Shown here piece after piece: positions 29,158 to 39,255 of a stretch of DNA of 64,000 bases; position 1 is the stretch's first letter; the number at the start of each line of letters is the position of its first letter. The translations under genes and the position numbers were made by a program. The notes beneath the pieces are model-generated. The model was not told the DNA's origin, did not search any database, and saw nothing but the letters and a program-made list of their open reading frames with translations. The stretch comes from Bradyrhizobium sp. (GTDB taxonomy: Bacteria > Pseudomonadota > Alphaproteobacteria > Rhizobiales > Xanthobacteraceae): contig NZ_JAUYQU010000288.1 of assembly GCF_030697065.1 (NCBI RefSeq), positions 3,722 through 67,721 on the forward strand, in the 5' to 3' direction.

Positions 29158-29565
29158 ATGAGCAACATCACCGGTGGATGTCACTGTGGCGCCATCCGCT
29201 ATCAGGTGGAGGGTGACCCGATCGTTCATGCGCTGTGCCACTGCGGCGACTGCAGGCGTCACGCCGGCGCGCCGATGGTCGGCTGGACGATGTACGCAAA
29301 GGATGCGGTCGAGGTGACGAAAGGGCAGCCGAAGGTGTATGAATCCTCGGAACATGGCCGGCGGCATTTTTGCGCGAACTGCGGCACGGGGCTCTTCTAC
29401 ATCAACGAGAATGTGTTGCCGGGCCTCATCGATGTTCAGAGCGGGACCTATGACGATCCGGATGCCGTTCCGGCCGTGGTGCATATTCAGGTCGCCGAAC
29501 GGCTTCGCTGGATGGAAAGCGCGCACGAACTGCCCAGCTTCGAGCGCTATCCGCCGCAGGCGTAG
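29158..29565 (+). CDS. GFA/CENP-V family Zn-binding protein
   Basis: GGCHCGAIRY, CHCGDCRR, RHFCANCGT; ATG at 29158. Confidence 0.88.
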   Translation: MSNITGGCHCGAIRYQVEGDPIVHALCHCGDCRRHAGAPMVGWTMYAKDAVEVTKGQPKVYESSEHGRRHFCANCGTGLFYINENVLPGLIDVQSGTYDDPDAVPAVVHIQVAERLRWMESAHELPSFERYPPQA

Positions 29566-29663
29566 CGACGCCCTACTGCCGTGGTCGATGACCGGTTCGC
29601 GCGCGGCTCAAGACTTTTGCGCGGGCGCCATTCACACCATAACACGACTTGTAACGGATCCGC

Positions 29664-30653
29664 TCAACCCGCTGCGCCTGCGACCCCGGCGATCAATCGG
29701 TACGAATGCAGCCGCGCGTCGTGATCGAACACGTCGGACACGATCATCAACTCGTCGGCGCCGGTCTCGCTGACCAGCGCGTCGATACCGGCGCGGACGC
29801 TATCGGGCGTTCCGATGATGGTGCGGGCGAGCATCTGCATGGCCTGGGCTTTTTCCATCGGCGACCAGTAACTTTCGATATCGTCGATCGGCGGACGGCT
29901 GAGGCCGCGCGCGCCACGGAAGATATTCGCAAAGGACATCTGTTGCGTCGTCGCCAATCGCCGCGCCTCGCGTTCGGTATCGGCCGCGACGATGTTGACC
30001 CCCACCATGGCATGGGGCCGTGCGAGCTGGGCTGAAGGCTTGAAGTGGCTGCGGTAGATATCGAGCGCGGGCATGAGCTCGGCCGGGGCGAAATGCGACG
30101 CGAAGGCATAGGGCAGGCCGAGCGCGGCGGCGAGTTGGGCGCCGTAGGTGCTCGACCCCAGGATCCACAGCGGGACGTCGGTGCCCGCCGCCGGCACGGC
30201 TTGCACCCGCTGGCCGGGCACCACGGCGGCGAAATAGGCCTGCAGCTCGAGCACGTCCTGCGGAAAATTGTCCGAGCCGCCAAGGGTCCGGCGCAGCGCC
30301 TGGACCGTCACCTGATCGGTGCCGGGCGCGCGGCCGAGGCCGAGATCGATGCGGCCCGGGAATAGTCGCGCCAGCGTTCCGAACTGTTCGGCGATGATGA
30401 TCGGCGCGTGGTTGGGCAGCATGATGCCGCCGGCGCCGACGCGAATGTGCCGGGTGCCCGCGGCGATGTGGGCGATCACCAGCGATGTCGCGGCGCTGGC
30501 GATGCCGGGCATGTTGTGATGCTCGGCCACCCAGAACCGGCGATAGCCCCAGCCCTCGGCATGGGCCGCCAGGTCGCGGGCGTTGTCGAGCGCGCCGCGC
30601 GCATCGGTGGCCTCGGTAACGCGGACGAGGTCGAGAATGGACAGTGCTGTCAT
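29664..30653 (-). CDS. Luciferase-like (LLM) flavin-dependent oxidoreductase, YhbW-like
   Basis: [68 protein letters not shown]. Confidence 0.9.
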   Translation of the reverse strand: MTALSILDLVRVTEATDARGALDNARDLAAHAEGWGYRRFWVAEHHNMPGIASAATSLVIAHIAAGTRHIRVGAGGIMLPNHAPIIIAEQFGTLARLFPGRIDLGLGRAPGTDQVTVQALRRTLGGSDNFPQDVLELQAYFAAVVPGQRVQAVPAAGTDVPLWILGSSTYGAQLAAALGLPYAFASHFAPAELMPALDIYRSHFKPSAQLARPHAMVGVNIVAADTEREARRLATTQQMSFANIFRGARGLSRPPIDDIESYWSPMEKAQAMQMLARTIIGTPDSVRAGIDALVSETGADELMIVSDVFDHDARLHSYRLIAGVAGAAG

Positions 30654-30752
30654 TGGTGACTTTCAGGTTGAATTTCTATGTAGGTACGACTGGCCCTCAA
30701 AGCCAGCATCTGACGTCGATCCGATGGAGACAGGATTGCGCCGTTTCGGGCC

Positions 30753-30785
30753 GGCAATTATGGTCCGCGTCGGCAGATAATTGCC
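30753..30785. promoter_or_regulatory. Inverted repeat GGCAATTAT-N15-ATAATTGCC upstream of the P450
   Basis: Perfect 9-bp arms (30753-30761, 30777-30785) in the divergent LLM/P450 gap, 22 nt before the P450 ATG. Confidence 0.5.
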
Positions 30786-30807
30786 CGCAGCCGGACAGGA
30801 TCACCAC

Positions 30808-31992
30808 ATGACGACCGCGGGCCTGGCTCCCCTGGACGAGACCATCACGATCGCGGAGCTCACCCGCGATCCCTATCCGATCTACCGGCGCCTGAGACGC
30901 GAAGCGCCGGTGTTGCGGGTCAAATCCGTCGGCCGCACCTTCCTCACCAAGGCCACCGATACCAGGCTCGTGAAGGACAACGCGGCCTTGTTCAGCTCGA
31001 ACGATCCAAACACGCCGATGGAGCGCGCCTTTCTCGCCCGGACGCTGATGCGCAAGGACCACGACGAGCACCGCAGCGAACGCATGGCGATGATGCCGGC
31101 CCTGATGCCGAAGACCATCGAATCGGTATGGGCGCCGCTGTATGAGCAACTGGCCGCGGATTATCTCGACCGGTTGCCGCGCGGCGAGATCGTCGATCTC
31201 TTTCCCGCTCTCGCCGGACCGCTGGCCGCGCGAATTCTGGCGCATGCGATGGGCGTTCCAGATGCGAGCGACGACGACATGCAGCGCTGGTCGCAGACGC
31301 TGATCGACGGCGCCGGCAATTTCGGCTGGACGCCGGGTCCCTTCGAAGCGACCGACATCGCCAATGCGCAGATGGACGCATGTATCCGCGCCAATGCCGC
31401 GCGCGTGCGCGCCGAACCGGATTCCTCGGCGCTGTCGTTCATGGTGAACGCGAAGAATCCGATTCCGGAAAGCCAGATCATCGCCAATGTGAAGATCGCG
31501 ATCGGCGGCGGCATCAACGAGCCGCGCGACGCGTTGCTGACGATCCTCTACGGCCTGCTGACCCATCCGGAACAGCTTGAGGCGGTGCGTTCGGCCGGCA
31601 AATGGCGCTCCGCCTTCGAGGAAGGGGTGCGGTGGGTGGCGCCGATCCAGGTCAGTTCACGGCTGGTGATGGAGGACACGGAAATACGCGGGCACCTGAT
31701 CCCGAAGGGCGATACCGTGATGACGATCCAGGCGTCGGCCAACCGGGACGAGGATGCCTTCGAAGATGGCGAAAACTACAACGCGCTGCGCGACCCCAAT
31801 CCCCATCAGTCCTTTGGCAACGGTCCGCATCATTGCGCGGGTGCCCACCTGTCGCGGCGAACCGTCGGCGTCATCCTGCTCCCCATGCTGTTCGAGCGCT
31901 TCCCCAATATGACATTGCCCGATCCCGCCGGCGTGCGCTGGCACGGCTTCGGTTTCCGCGGGCCTCTCAATCTTCCGGTTCTCCTGCAATAG
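30808..31992 (+). CDS. Cytochrome P450 with atypical I-helix (GGINEP)
   Basis: DPY..Y.RLR.EAPV, EEGVRW (ExxR), ASANRD, FGNGPHHCAG heme-Cys motif; ATG 30808 after ACAGGA. Confidence 0.95.
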   Translation: MTTAGLAPLDETITIAELTRDPYPIYRRLRREAPVLRVKSVGRTFLTKATDTRLVKDNAALFSSNDPNTPMERAFLARTLMRKDHDEHRSERMAMMPALMPKTIESVWAPLYEQLAADYLDRLPRGEIVDLFPALAGPLAARILAHAMGVPDASDDDMQRWSQTLIDGAGNFGWTPGPFEATDIANAQMDACIRANAARVRAEPDSSALSFMVNAKNPIPESQIIANVKIAIGGGINEPRDALLTILYGLLTHPEQLEAVRSAGKWRSAFEEGVRWVAPIQVSSRLVMEDTEIRGHLIPKGDTVMTIQASANRDEDAFEDGENYNALRDPNPHQSFGNGPHHCAGAHLSRRTVGVILLPMLFERFPNMTLPDPAGVRWHGFGFRGPLNLPVLLQ

Positions 31993-32104
31993 GGGCGGTG
32001 CAGATCGGCGCCGTCCTTCTGCGCCACCATGCCAGCCCGGGCTGCACCCAATTTAGCCGCAGCGCCTGAAAAGTCGCCTTGACACTTTCCCGATCGCCGT
32101 ATTG

Positions 32105-32118
32105 ACTAACTAGTTAGT
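32105..32118. promoter_or_regulatory. Perfect 14-bp palindrome, probable TetR operator of the hydantoinase operon
   Basis: ACTAACTAGTTAGT, overlapping TTGACT (32102) and 20 nt before the ATG at 32139. Confidence 0.65.
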
Positions 32119-32138
32119 AATATAAGTTTGAGGGTCGA

Positions 32139-34229
32139 ATGGCGTCGTCGTCGGACAACAGGTTCAGGATTGCGATCGATATCGGCGGTACCTTTACCGA
32201 TATCGCCCTTCTGACCGACGCCGGGCTGATCCACCAGAGCAAGATTTCCTCGACCCCTTCCGATCCAAGCGTCGCCGTGATCGAAGGCGTCGGGCAGTTG
32301 TTGGCAGAGCTGTCGATCCCGCCCGGCGCCATTGCCGAAGTGCTGCACGGGACCACCGTCGGCTCGAACACCATTCTGCAGCGCAAGGGCGCGAAGACCG
32401 GCCTGATCACCACCCGCGGCTTTCGCGATGTGCTGGAGATCGGCCGCATCCGCATGCCCGACATGTTCGACCTGACCTGGGAAAAGCCGAAGCCGCTGGT
32501 GCCGCGACGGCATCGCATGGAAGTCACCGAACGCATGGCGGCGGACGGCTCAACGGTCGAGCCGCTGTCGGAGGCCGGCGTGATCGCCGCGGGCAAGGCG
32601 CTGGTCGCCGAGGATATCGAAGCGGTCGCCATCGCCTTCATCAACAGCTATCGCAACCCGGCTCACGAGTTGCAGGCCGAAGCCGTCATTCGCGCAAATT
32701 TCCCGCATCTGCTGGTTACCACGTCCTGCGCCGTGCTGCCGGAAATGAAGGAATATGAACGCACCAGCACGACGGTGGTGAACGCCTATTTGCTGGCCGC
32801 CATGCGCAGCTATCTGCAGCGGCTCGAATCGGGACTTCGTGCCATCGGCGTCGCGGCGCCGATCCTGGTCATGACCTCGAACGGCGGCATGCTGGCCGCG
32901 AACGTGACCTGCGAAAAGCCGGTGCTGGTGGTGGCCTCCGGTCCCGCCGGCGGCGTGATCGGCGCGGCCAGGCTCGGGGTTGCGCGCAACGACCGCGATG
33001 TCATCGTGTTCGATATGGGAGGGACCACCGCCAAGGCCGTCATCATCGAGGACGGCCGCCCCAGCATGACCTCCGAATACGAGTTTCGCGACGGCATCTC
33101 GACATCGAGCCGCTTCATCAAGGCCGGCGGTTACATGCTCAAGGTGCCCGCGATCGACATCGCCGAGGTCGGCGCCGGCGGCGGTTCGATCGCCGGCATC
33201 GACAAGGGCGGTCTGCTGGTCGTCGGGCCGCAGTCGGCCGGCGCCATGCCCGGACCGGCGTGTTACGGCCTCGGCAATAACCGCCCGACCGTGACCGATG
33301 CCAATGTGGTGCTGGGCTTCATCAACGCGACCTCGCTGGCGGGCGGCAAGCTCCATATCGATCGCGCGCTGAGCGAGCAGGCCATCCGCGTCCATGTCGG
33401 CGATCCGCTGGGGTTGCCGATGCTGGACGCGGCACATGGCATCCGGGCCGTGGCCAATGCCGCGATGGCGCGCGCGATCCGCGCGGTTACCGTCGAACGC
33501 GGGCTGGACCCCCGCGATCTCACGCTGATGGCGTTCGGCGGCAATGGCGGCGTGCACGCGCCCGATCTGGCACGGCAACTCGGGATTCCGCGCGTGGTTA
33601 TTCCGCCGATGTCGGGCATCTTCAGCGCGCTCGGCATGCTCGCCTCCGACATCGAGCATACGGCGCTGAAGACGGTAAGCCAGCGGCTCGACCGGATGAG
33701 CGTCGCCGATCTGCAGGCGATCAAGCAGGAACTGCGCAGGCAGGTCGCCGCGCAGCTCGCGGCCGACGGCTACCAGGCCGAACGCACCGCGTTTCTCTGG
33801 GAAGCGGATTTGCGCCATGAAGGGCAGGCCACCGAACTCACCGTGCCGTTCGAGGGCGAGGATTTCGCGCAGATCCGCGAACGGTTCGTCGCCGAATACT
33901 TCAAGACCTACGGCTATCGCGACTCGACTCCGATGGAATTGATGAAGGTGCGCGTCGCAGGACGTGGCTTGCGCGACAATCGCCTGGACTTCGGCGCCAT
34001 GAAGATCGCCGCGCGGGCGGGGTCGTCCCGGTCCGGCACGCGGCCGGTATCCTTCGCGAGAGGCGAGCCCGCGGTGGCCGTCGCGATCGCAGACCGCAAC
34101 GCGCTGGGCGCTTCACCCCGGCAGGGACCGCTGATCGTCGAGGAGTTCGACGCCACCATCGTCGTGCCGCCCGACGCGAAGGCGCACAAGGATGCGATCG
34201 GCTGCATCGTTCTGGAGTTCGAAGCATGA
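32139..34229 (+). CDS. Hydantoinase/oxoprolinase family ATP-binding subunit (HyuA/OplA-like)
   Basis: IDIGGTFTD, HGTT...N..LQRKG, EYERTSTTVVNAY, SGPAGG, DMGGTT, GAGGGSI, SAGA.PGPACYG, PTVTDAN. Confidence 0.93.
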   Translation: MASSSDNRFRIAIDIGGTFTDIALLTDAGLIHQSKISSTPSDPSVAVIEGVGQLLAELSIPPGAIAEVLHGTTVGSNTILQRKGAKTGLITTRGFRDVLEIGRIRMPDMFDLTWEKPKPLVPRRHRMEVTERMAADGSTVEPLSEAGVIAAGKALVAEDIEAVAIAFINSYRNPAHELQAEAVIRANFPHLLVTTSCAVLPEMKEYERTSTTVVNAYLLAAMRSYLQRLESGLRAIGVAAPILVMTSNGGMLAANVTCEKPVLVVASGPAGGVIGAARLGVARNDRDVIVFDMGGTTAKAVIIEDGRPSMTSEYEFRDGISTSSRFIKAGGYMLKVPAIDIAEVGAGGGSIAGIDKGGLLVVGPQSAGAMPGPACYGLGNNRPTVTDANVVLGFINATSLAGGKLHIDRALSEQAIRVHVGDPLGLPMLDAAHGIRAVANAAMARAIRAVTVERGLDPRDLTLMAFGGNGGVHAPDLARQLGIPRVVIPPMSGIFSALGMLASDIEHTALKTVSQRLDRMSVADLQAIKQELRRQVAAQLAADGYQAERTAFLWEADLRHEGQATELTVPFEGEDFAQIRERFVAEYFKTYGYRDSTPMELMKVRVAGRGLRDNRLDFGAMKIAARAGSSRSGTRPVSFARGEPAVAVAIADRNALGASPRQGPLIVEEFDATIVVPPDAKAHKDAIGCIVLEFEA

Positions 34230-35977
34230 AGGTAGATCCGATCACCTTTGCAGTCATCAAGAGCGGACTGGATTCGATTGCCGACGACATGGCCTACACC
34301 GTGGTCCGGATCGCGCGTTCGGAGATCGTCAAGGATGTGATGGATTTCTCCGCGGCCCTTTGCGCCGGCGACGGCCAGATGGTGGCGCAGGCCAAGACCA
34401 TTGCCCAGCATCTCGGAGCGATCCCGGAGGCCATGGCGTCGGTACTGGCGAAATTCGAGGGCGATCTGCATGATGGCGACGTCGTCATCATGAACGATCC
34501 CTATCACGGCGGCATGCACCTGCCGGACATCTTCATGTTTGTGCCGATCTTCTTTGGCGGCGAGCGGCATGCCTTCGCGGTGGTGATCTGCCATCACACC
34601 GATGTCGGCGGCCGGGTGCCGGGCTCGAACGCGTCCGACTCGACCGAGATCTACCAGGAAGGGCTGCGCATTCCGCCGCTCAAGCTTTACGATCGCGGCG
34701 TTCTCAACACCACGCTCGAGGCCCTGATCAAGATCAACGTCCGGGTGCCGGACCGGGTCTGGGGCGATCTCTCGGCGCAGTTCGCCGCCGCCCAGGTCGG
34801 CAAGCGCGGCCTGGAAAAGCTGTTGCAGCGCTACGGCGCCGCGGAGGTCGATGCCTACATGCAGGAACTGCTCGACTATGCCGAGCGGCTCACACGTCGG
34901 GAAATCAAGACCTGGCCGAAGGGGACCTATCGCTTCGTCGACTACATCGACAATGACGGCTTTTCTGACGCGCCGATCCCGATCAAGGTCGCGATCACCG
35001 TCAACGGCGACGGCACCCTGCTGGTCGACTACACCGGCTCCTCGCCGCAGGTGAAGGGGGCGCTTAATTCGACGCTCAGTTTCACCCACTCGCTGACCTA
35101 TCTGAGCGTTCGCTGCGTGCTGGCCAAGGACGTGCCGAACAATGTCGGCCTGTTTCGATGCATCACCGTCAAGGCGCCGGAGGCGTCGGTGCTCAATCCG
35201 GTGATGCCCGCGCCCTGCGCTGCGCGCGCGCTGACCGGCTATCGGGTGTTCGATACGATGCTGGGCGCGCTCGCCCAAATCGTTCCCGACAAGGTGCCGG
35301 CGGCGGGGGAGGGCGGCAACAGCGTCATCTGCATCAGCGGGCTGCGGCCCAACCGGCAGCCGTTCATCATCGTGGACATGATCTGCGGCGCGTGGGGCGG
35401 CCGGCCCGACAAGGACGGTCTCGAGGCAGTCACCAACGCCTCGCAGAACCTGTCCAACATGCCGGTGGAAGTGATGGAAGCCGAACATCCGGTTCGCATC
35501 GAGGATTACTCGTTTGTTCCCGACAGCTGCGGTGCGGGCCAGTATCGCGGCGGTGTCGGCGTCCGGCGCAGCTATCGCATCCTCGCGCCGGAGGCGCTGC
35601 TGCAGTTGCGCACCGACCGCGTCACGTTTCAACCCTACGGCCTGAACGGTGGCGAACCCGGCGGATCGTCGCGGAATTTCATCGAGATCGGCAATGAACG
35701 CAGCGCGCTGCCGGGCAAGATCACCACGACCGTCATGCGCGATACGCTGATCATTCATGAACAGGCCGGTGCGGGAGGCTTCGGCAATCCGCTGTTGCGC
35801 GAGCCGGAGCAGGTGCGGGAGGATTTTCTCGACGGCAAGATCACAGCCGCGTTCGCCGAGCAGCATTATGCAGTGCGGTTCGGCGCGCGCGGTGCGCTGG
35901 ACGTCGAGGCGACCGCGCGGCTACGATCCGAGCGCGCGGCCTCGGCGGAGCCATCGGGTGCGCGTCATGGAGCTTGA
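34226..35977 (+). CDS. Hydantoinase B/oxoprolinase subunit
   Basis: S.IVKDVMDFS, NDPY.GG.HLPD, HHTDVGGRVPGS, YQEG..IPP, P.EVME..HP, DS.GAG.YRGG.G, GAGGFG.P; ATGA overlap with subunit A. Confidence 0.93.
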   Translation: MKVDPITFAVIKSGLDSIADDMAYTVVRIARSEIVKDVMDFSAALCAGDGQMVAQAKTIAQHLGAIPEAMASVLAKFEGDLHDGDVVIMNDPYHGGMHLPDIFMFVPIFFGGERHAFAVVICHHTDVGGRVPGSNASDSTEIYQEGLRIPPLKLYDRGVLNTTLEALIKINVRVPDRVWGDLSAQFAAAQVGKRGLEKLLQRYGAAEVDAYMQELLDYAERLTRREIKTWPKGTYRFVDYIDNDGFSDAPIPIKVAITVNGDGTLLVDYTGSSPQVKGALNSTLSFTHSLTYLSVRCVLAKDVPNNVGLFRCITVKAPEASVLNPVMPAPCAARALTGYRVFDTMLGALAQIVPDKVPAAGEGGNSVICISGLRPNRQPFIIVDMICGAWGGRPDKDGLEAVTNASQNLSNMPVEVMEAEHPVRIEDYSFVPDSCGAGQYRGGVGVRRSYRILAPEALLQLRTDRVTFQPYGLNGGEPGGSSRNFIEIGNERSALPGKITTTVMRDTLIIHEQAGAGGFGNPLLREPEQVREDFLDGKITAAFAEQHYAVRFGARGALDVEATARLRSERAASAEPSGARHGA

Positions 35978-36650
35978 CGTGGCGTCACGCGCCCCCAAAA
36001 TTGTCCGGAACCCGGAAGCCAGCCGCGCCAAAATACTGGACGCAGCAAGGATCGAATTTGTGACCCATGGCCTGAGCGGGGGGCGCGTCGATCGCATCGC
36101 CGAGCAGAGCGGCGTCAACAAGAACCTGATCTATCACTATTTCGGCTCCAAGGACGCGCTCTACCTGGCGGTGCTGGAGCGGATCTATGCCGATCTGCGC
36201 GCCCGCCAGCAGGACCAGGACTTGCGGGGGCTGCCGCCGGTCGAGGGCATGAAGCGGCTTGTCAGCAATACCTTCGACCACTTCGTCGCCACCCCCGATC
36301 TGATCCGGCTGATGAGCATCGAGAACATTCACTATGCCGAGCACCTGAAGAGTTCGAGCTCGACGAAGGCTTTGTACGGCGGCCTCCTCGACACCATCCG
36401 GATTCTGCTGAAGCGCGGCCAGGAGGAGGGCGTCTTTCGCGCCAATGTCGACGCGGTCGACCTCTATCTGTCGATATCCGGGCTCGCCTATTTCTTTCTG
36501 TCCAATCAGCACACCTTGTCTTGGCTGCTCGACCGCGATCTCGCGGCGCGCCGGCGCGTGCTCAAGCGCCGTCAGCACGTCGTTGAAATGGTGCTGAGCT
36601 ATCTCACGCAAGCTTCGCCGGCTGAAGCCGCCGGCGCCGACCCACAATAA
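35967..36650 (+). CDS. TetR family regulator (RutR/NicS-like)
   Basis: ILDAA..EF..HGLSG.RVD.IA..SGVNK.LIY.YFGSK..LY.AVLE; overlaps hydantoinase B by 11 bp. Confidence 0.9.
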   Translation: MELDVASRAPKIVRNPEASRAKILDAARIEFVTHGLSGGRVDRIAEQSGVNKNLIYHYFGSKDALYLAVLERIYADLRARQQDQDLRGLPPVEGMKRLVSNTFDHFVATPDLIRLMSIENIHYAEHLKSSSSTKALYGGLLDTIRILLKRGQEEGVFRANVDAVDLYLSISGLAYFFLSNQHTLSWLLDRDLAARRRVLKRRQHVVEMVLSYLTQASPAEAAGADPQ

Positions 36651-36669
36651 TCAAACTGGAGATTGGGAA

Positions 36670-37647
36670 ATGAGAAGAGTAATTCTGTCGACCCTGATGC
36701 TTCTGAGTGTTGCTGCAGCCGGGGTTTCATCGGCATCGGCACAGGATAAATTATCCGTCCGGCTCGATTTCTCGCCATGGGGCGTGCAGGCCGCGATGCA
36801 CCTGGCGCAGAACAAGGGCTGGTTCAAGGAAGCCAGGCTTGACATCGATATTCAGGATGGCCGCGGCTCCGGCAATACGATCCAGCTCGTCAATGCCGGG
36901 CAGGTCGATGTCGGCCAGGTGCAGGTCGGCCTGGTCGGGTCGGCGCGCGCCAAGGGAGCCGCCATCCGTTCGATCGCCACCTTTCAGCCCCGCACCGACC
37001 TTTGCATCCTCGTCGACAAGGACTCGCCGATGGCGCGTGTCGCCGACCTGCGGGGCAAGACCGTGGTGGTGTTCGCGGCAAGTCCGTGGGCGCCCTTCAT
37101 CGACACCTATCTGAAATCGGGCGGCCTGACCCGCGATGACCTCAAGGTCGATGTCGTCGATCCCGCGGCCCTCTGGGGAACCTATATCGCCAAGCGCGCG
37201 GACGGCCTGATGTCCACCGTCGGTTCGGCACTGCCGATGGCGGAGCAGCCGCGGCCCTCGAAGTGCCTGCTGGCATCGGATGCCAACATCACCTTCCCGA
37301 GCTATGGACTCGTTGCGCGTGAAGAGGTCATCGCCAGCAAGGGCGACGCACTGCGTCGTTTGATCCAGGTCCAGCAGCGCGCCTGGCAGCATTTGCGCAG
37401 CAACCCGGATGACGGCGTCAAGGCGATGATCGCCGAGCGTCCGGATGCGCGGCTCAATCCAGCCATCCTGCTCAGTCAGATCAAGCTGACGCTGGACTAT
37501 TTCGAAACCCCGGCGACCAAGGGCAAGCCGATCGGCTGGCAGGCGAAAGAGGATTGGGAAGCCGCGCTGAAATCGATGGAAGCGGCCGGCGTCGTCGCGG
37601 CCGGCTGGAACGCGGCCGACTATTACACCAACGCGCTTGTCGAGTGA
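36670..37647 (+). CDS. ABC transporter substrate-binding protein, NMT1/THI5/SsuA-like
   Basis: Signal peptide; VRLDF, AQNKGWF....L, G.GSG..IQLV.AG, DLRGKTV. Confidence 0.88.
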   Translation: MRRVILSTLMLLSVAAAGVSSASAQDKLSVRLDFSPWGVQAAMHLAQNKGWFKEARLDIDIQDGRGSGNTIQLVNAGQVDVGQVQVGLVGSARAKGAAIRSIATFQPRTDLCILVDKDSPMARVADLRGKTVVVFAASPWAPFIDTYLKSGGLTRDDLKVDVVDPAALWGTYIAKRADGLMSTVGSALPMAEQPRPSKCLLASDANITFPSYGLVAREEVIASKGDALRRLIQVQQRAWQHLRSNPDDGVKAMIAERPDARLNPAILLSQIKLTLDYFETPATKGKPIGWQAKEDWEAALKSMEAAGVVAAGWNAADYYTNALVE

Positions 37648-37648
37648 C

Positions 37649-38449
37649 ATGAGCACCGCGGCTCCGGCGATGGCGGCGGTTCCCTACGTTTCGCTGGACC
37701 GCGTGGGCAAGACCTACTTGTCCTCGCGCGGTCCGGTCGCGGCGCTGGAAAACATCAGTCTCGACATCCGTCCGCGTGAATTCGTCAGCGTGGTCGGCCC
37801 GTCCGGCTGCGGCAAGAGCACGCTGCTGAAGCTGGTCGGCGGACTCGAGACTGTCTCGTCGGGACGGGTGGTGGTCGATGGCAAGGTGCTGGATGGTCCA
37901 CCGGACCGGCTCGGCATGGTGTTTCAGCGCGACGTGCTGCTGGACTGGCGCACGATTCTGGACAACGTGTTGCTGTCGATCGAATTCACCCGCAAGCCGC
38001 GCGCCGAGGAGCGGGAACGCGCCATGGCGCTGATCAACCGGTTCGGGCTCGGCGGCTTCGAGCACCGTTTCCCGTGGGAACTTTCCGGCGGCATGCGGCA
38101 ACGCGCGTCGATCTGCCGGGCGCTGCTGGCCGATCCCGAACTGTTGCTGATGGATGAACCGTTCGGCGCGCTGGACGCCATGACGCGCGACGATCTCAAT
38201 GTCGAACTCGCCCATATCTGGCAGGATACCCGCAAGACGCTGCTGTTCATCACGCATTCGATCGTCGAAGCCGTCTTCCTGTCCGATCGGGTGGTGATGA
38301 TGAGCAAGGCGCCCGGCGTCATCGTCGACACCATCGTCATCGATCTGCCGCGTCCGCGCCGGCTCGCGGTGCGCGACAGCGCCGAATTCGGTGCTTACGT
38401 GCACCGGATCCGCCACCACTTCGCCGAACTCGGGATCGTCAAGGAATGA
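37649..38449 (+). CDS. ABC transporter ATP-binding protein (TauB/SsuB-like)
   Basis: GPSGCGKST, LSGGMRQR, LLMDEPFGALD, FITH. Confidence 0.95.
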   Translation: MSTAAPAMAAVPYVSLDRVGKTYLSSRGPVAALENISLDIRPREFVSVVGPSGCGKSTLLKLVGGLETVSSGRVVVDGKVLDGPPDRLGMVFQRDVLLDWRTILDNVLLSIEFTRKPRAEERERAMALINRFGLGGFEHRFPWELSGGMRQRASICRALLADPELLLMDEPFGALDAMTRDDLNVELAHIWQDTRKTLLFITHSIVEAVFLSDRVVMMSKAPGVIVDTIVIDLPRPRRLAVRDSAEFGAYVHRIRHHFAELGIVKE

Positions 38450-39255
38450 TGCGCTTCGTCAGAAAGTGGCTCGGCGGCGACAATGAGACGCGCGACGTCG
38501 TCGTGGTGCTGACGGCGGCCCTGCTGCTGTGGGAAGCCGGCGTCCTGCTCTTCAAGCCGTCGCCCTTGATCCTGCCGGCGCCTTCGGCCATTTTCGCAGC
38601 CTTCCTGGAAACCCCGGGCCTTTTCCTTCGCCATCTCGGCTTCACCCTCGCCATGACCTGCATCGGCTTCGGGCTCGCCGTCGTGCTCGGGGTCGCGCTG
38701 GCGGTCGGCATCGTCTATTCGCGATTTCTCGAGCGCACCATCTACACGCTGCTGGTCGCGCTCAATTCGATTCCGAAAGTGGCGTTGGCTCCGCTGTTCG
38801 TGATCTGGATGGGGACCGGACCGGAGCCGAAGGTCGCGATCGCGCTGATGCTCGCGATCTTTCCCATTGTGATCGACACCGTGCTCGGGCTGCGTTCGGT
38901 CGATCCGGACATGCTGCATCTGGCGCGGGTATCGAAAGCCTCGCCCTGGGCGGTGCTAACCAAGATACGCTTTCCCTGCGCTCTGCCCAGCCTGTTCGCC
39001 GGCATGAAGGTGGCGATCTCGTTCGCGCTGGTCGGCGCCATCGTCGGCGAATTCGTTGCCGGCAGTCAGGGTATCGGGTTCCAGATCCTGGTCGCGCAGG
39101 GCCAGTTCGACACCGTCAGGGTCTTCGTGTCGCTGCTGCTGCTCGGTCTCGTCGGCACCGTGCTGTTCTTTCTGGTCGATTATGCCGAGCGCCTGCTACT
39201 GCCGTGGCATGTGTCGCAGCGCGCCCGTCACGAACGATCCGCCGAGCGGGTATGA
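38446..39255 (+). CDS. ABC transporter permease (TauC/SsuC-like)
   Basis: LPAPSAI, IPKVALAPL..IW.G.G, FP.ALPSLFAGMKVA...A.VGAIVGEF.AG..G.G. Confidence 0.92.
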   Translation: MMRFVRKWLGGDNETRDVVVVLTAALLLWEAGVLLFKPSPLILPAPSAIFAAFLETPGLFLRHLGFTLAMTCIGFGLAVVLGVALAVGIVYSRFLERTIYTLLVALNSIPKVALAPLFVIWMGTGPEPKVAIALMLAIFPIVIDTVLGLRSVDPDMLHLARVSKASPWAVLTKIRFPCALPSLFAGMKVAISFALVGAIVGEFVAGSQGIGFQILVAQGQFDTVRVFVSLLLLGLVGTVLFFLVDYAERLLLPWHVSQRARHERSAERV

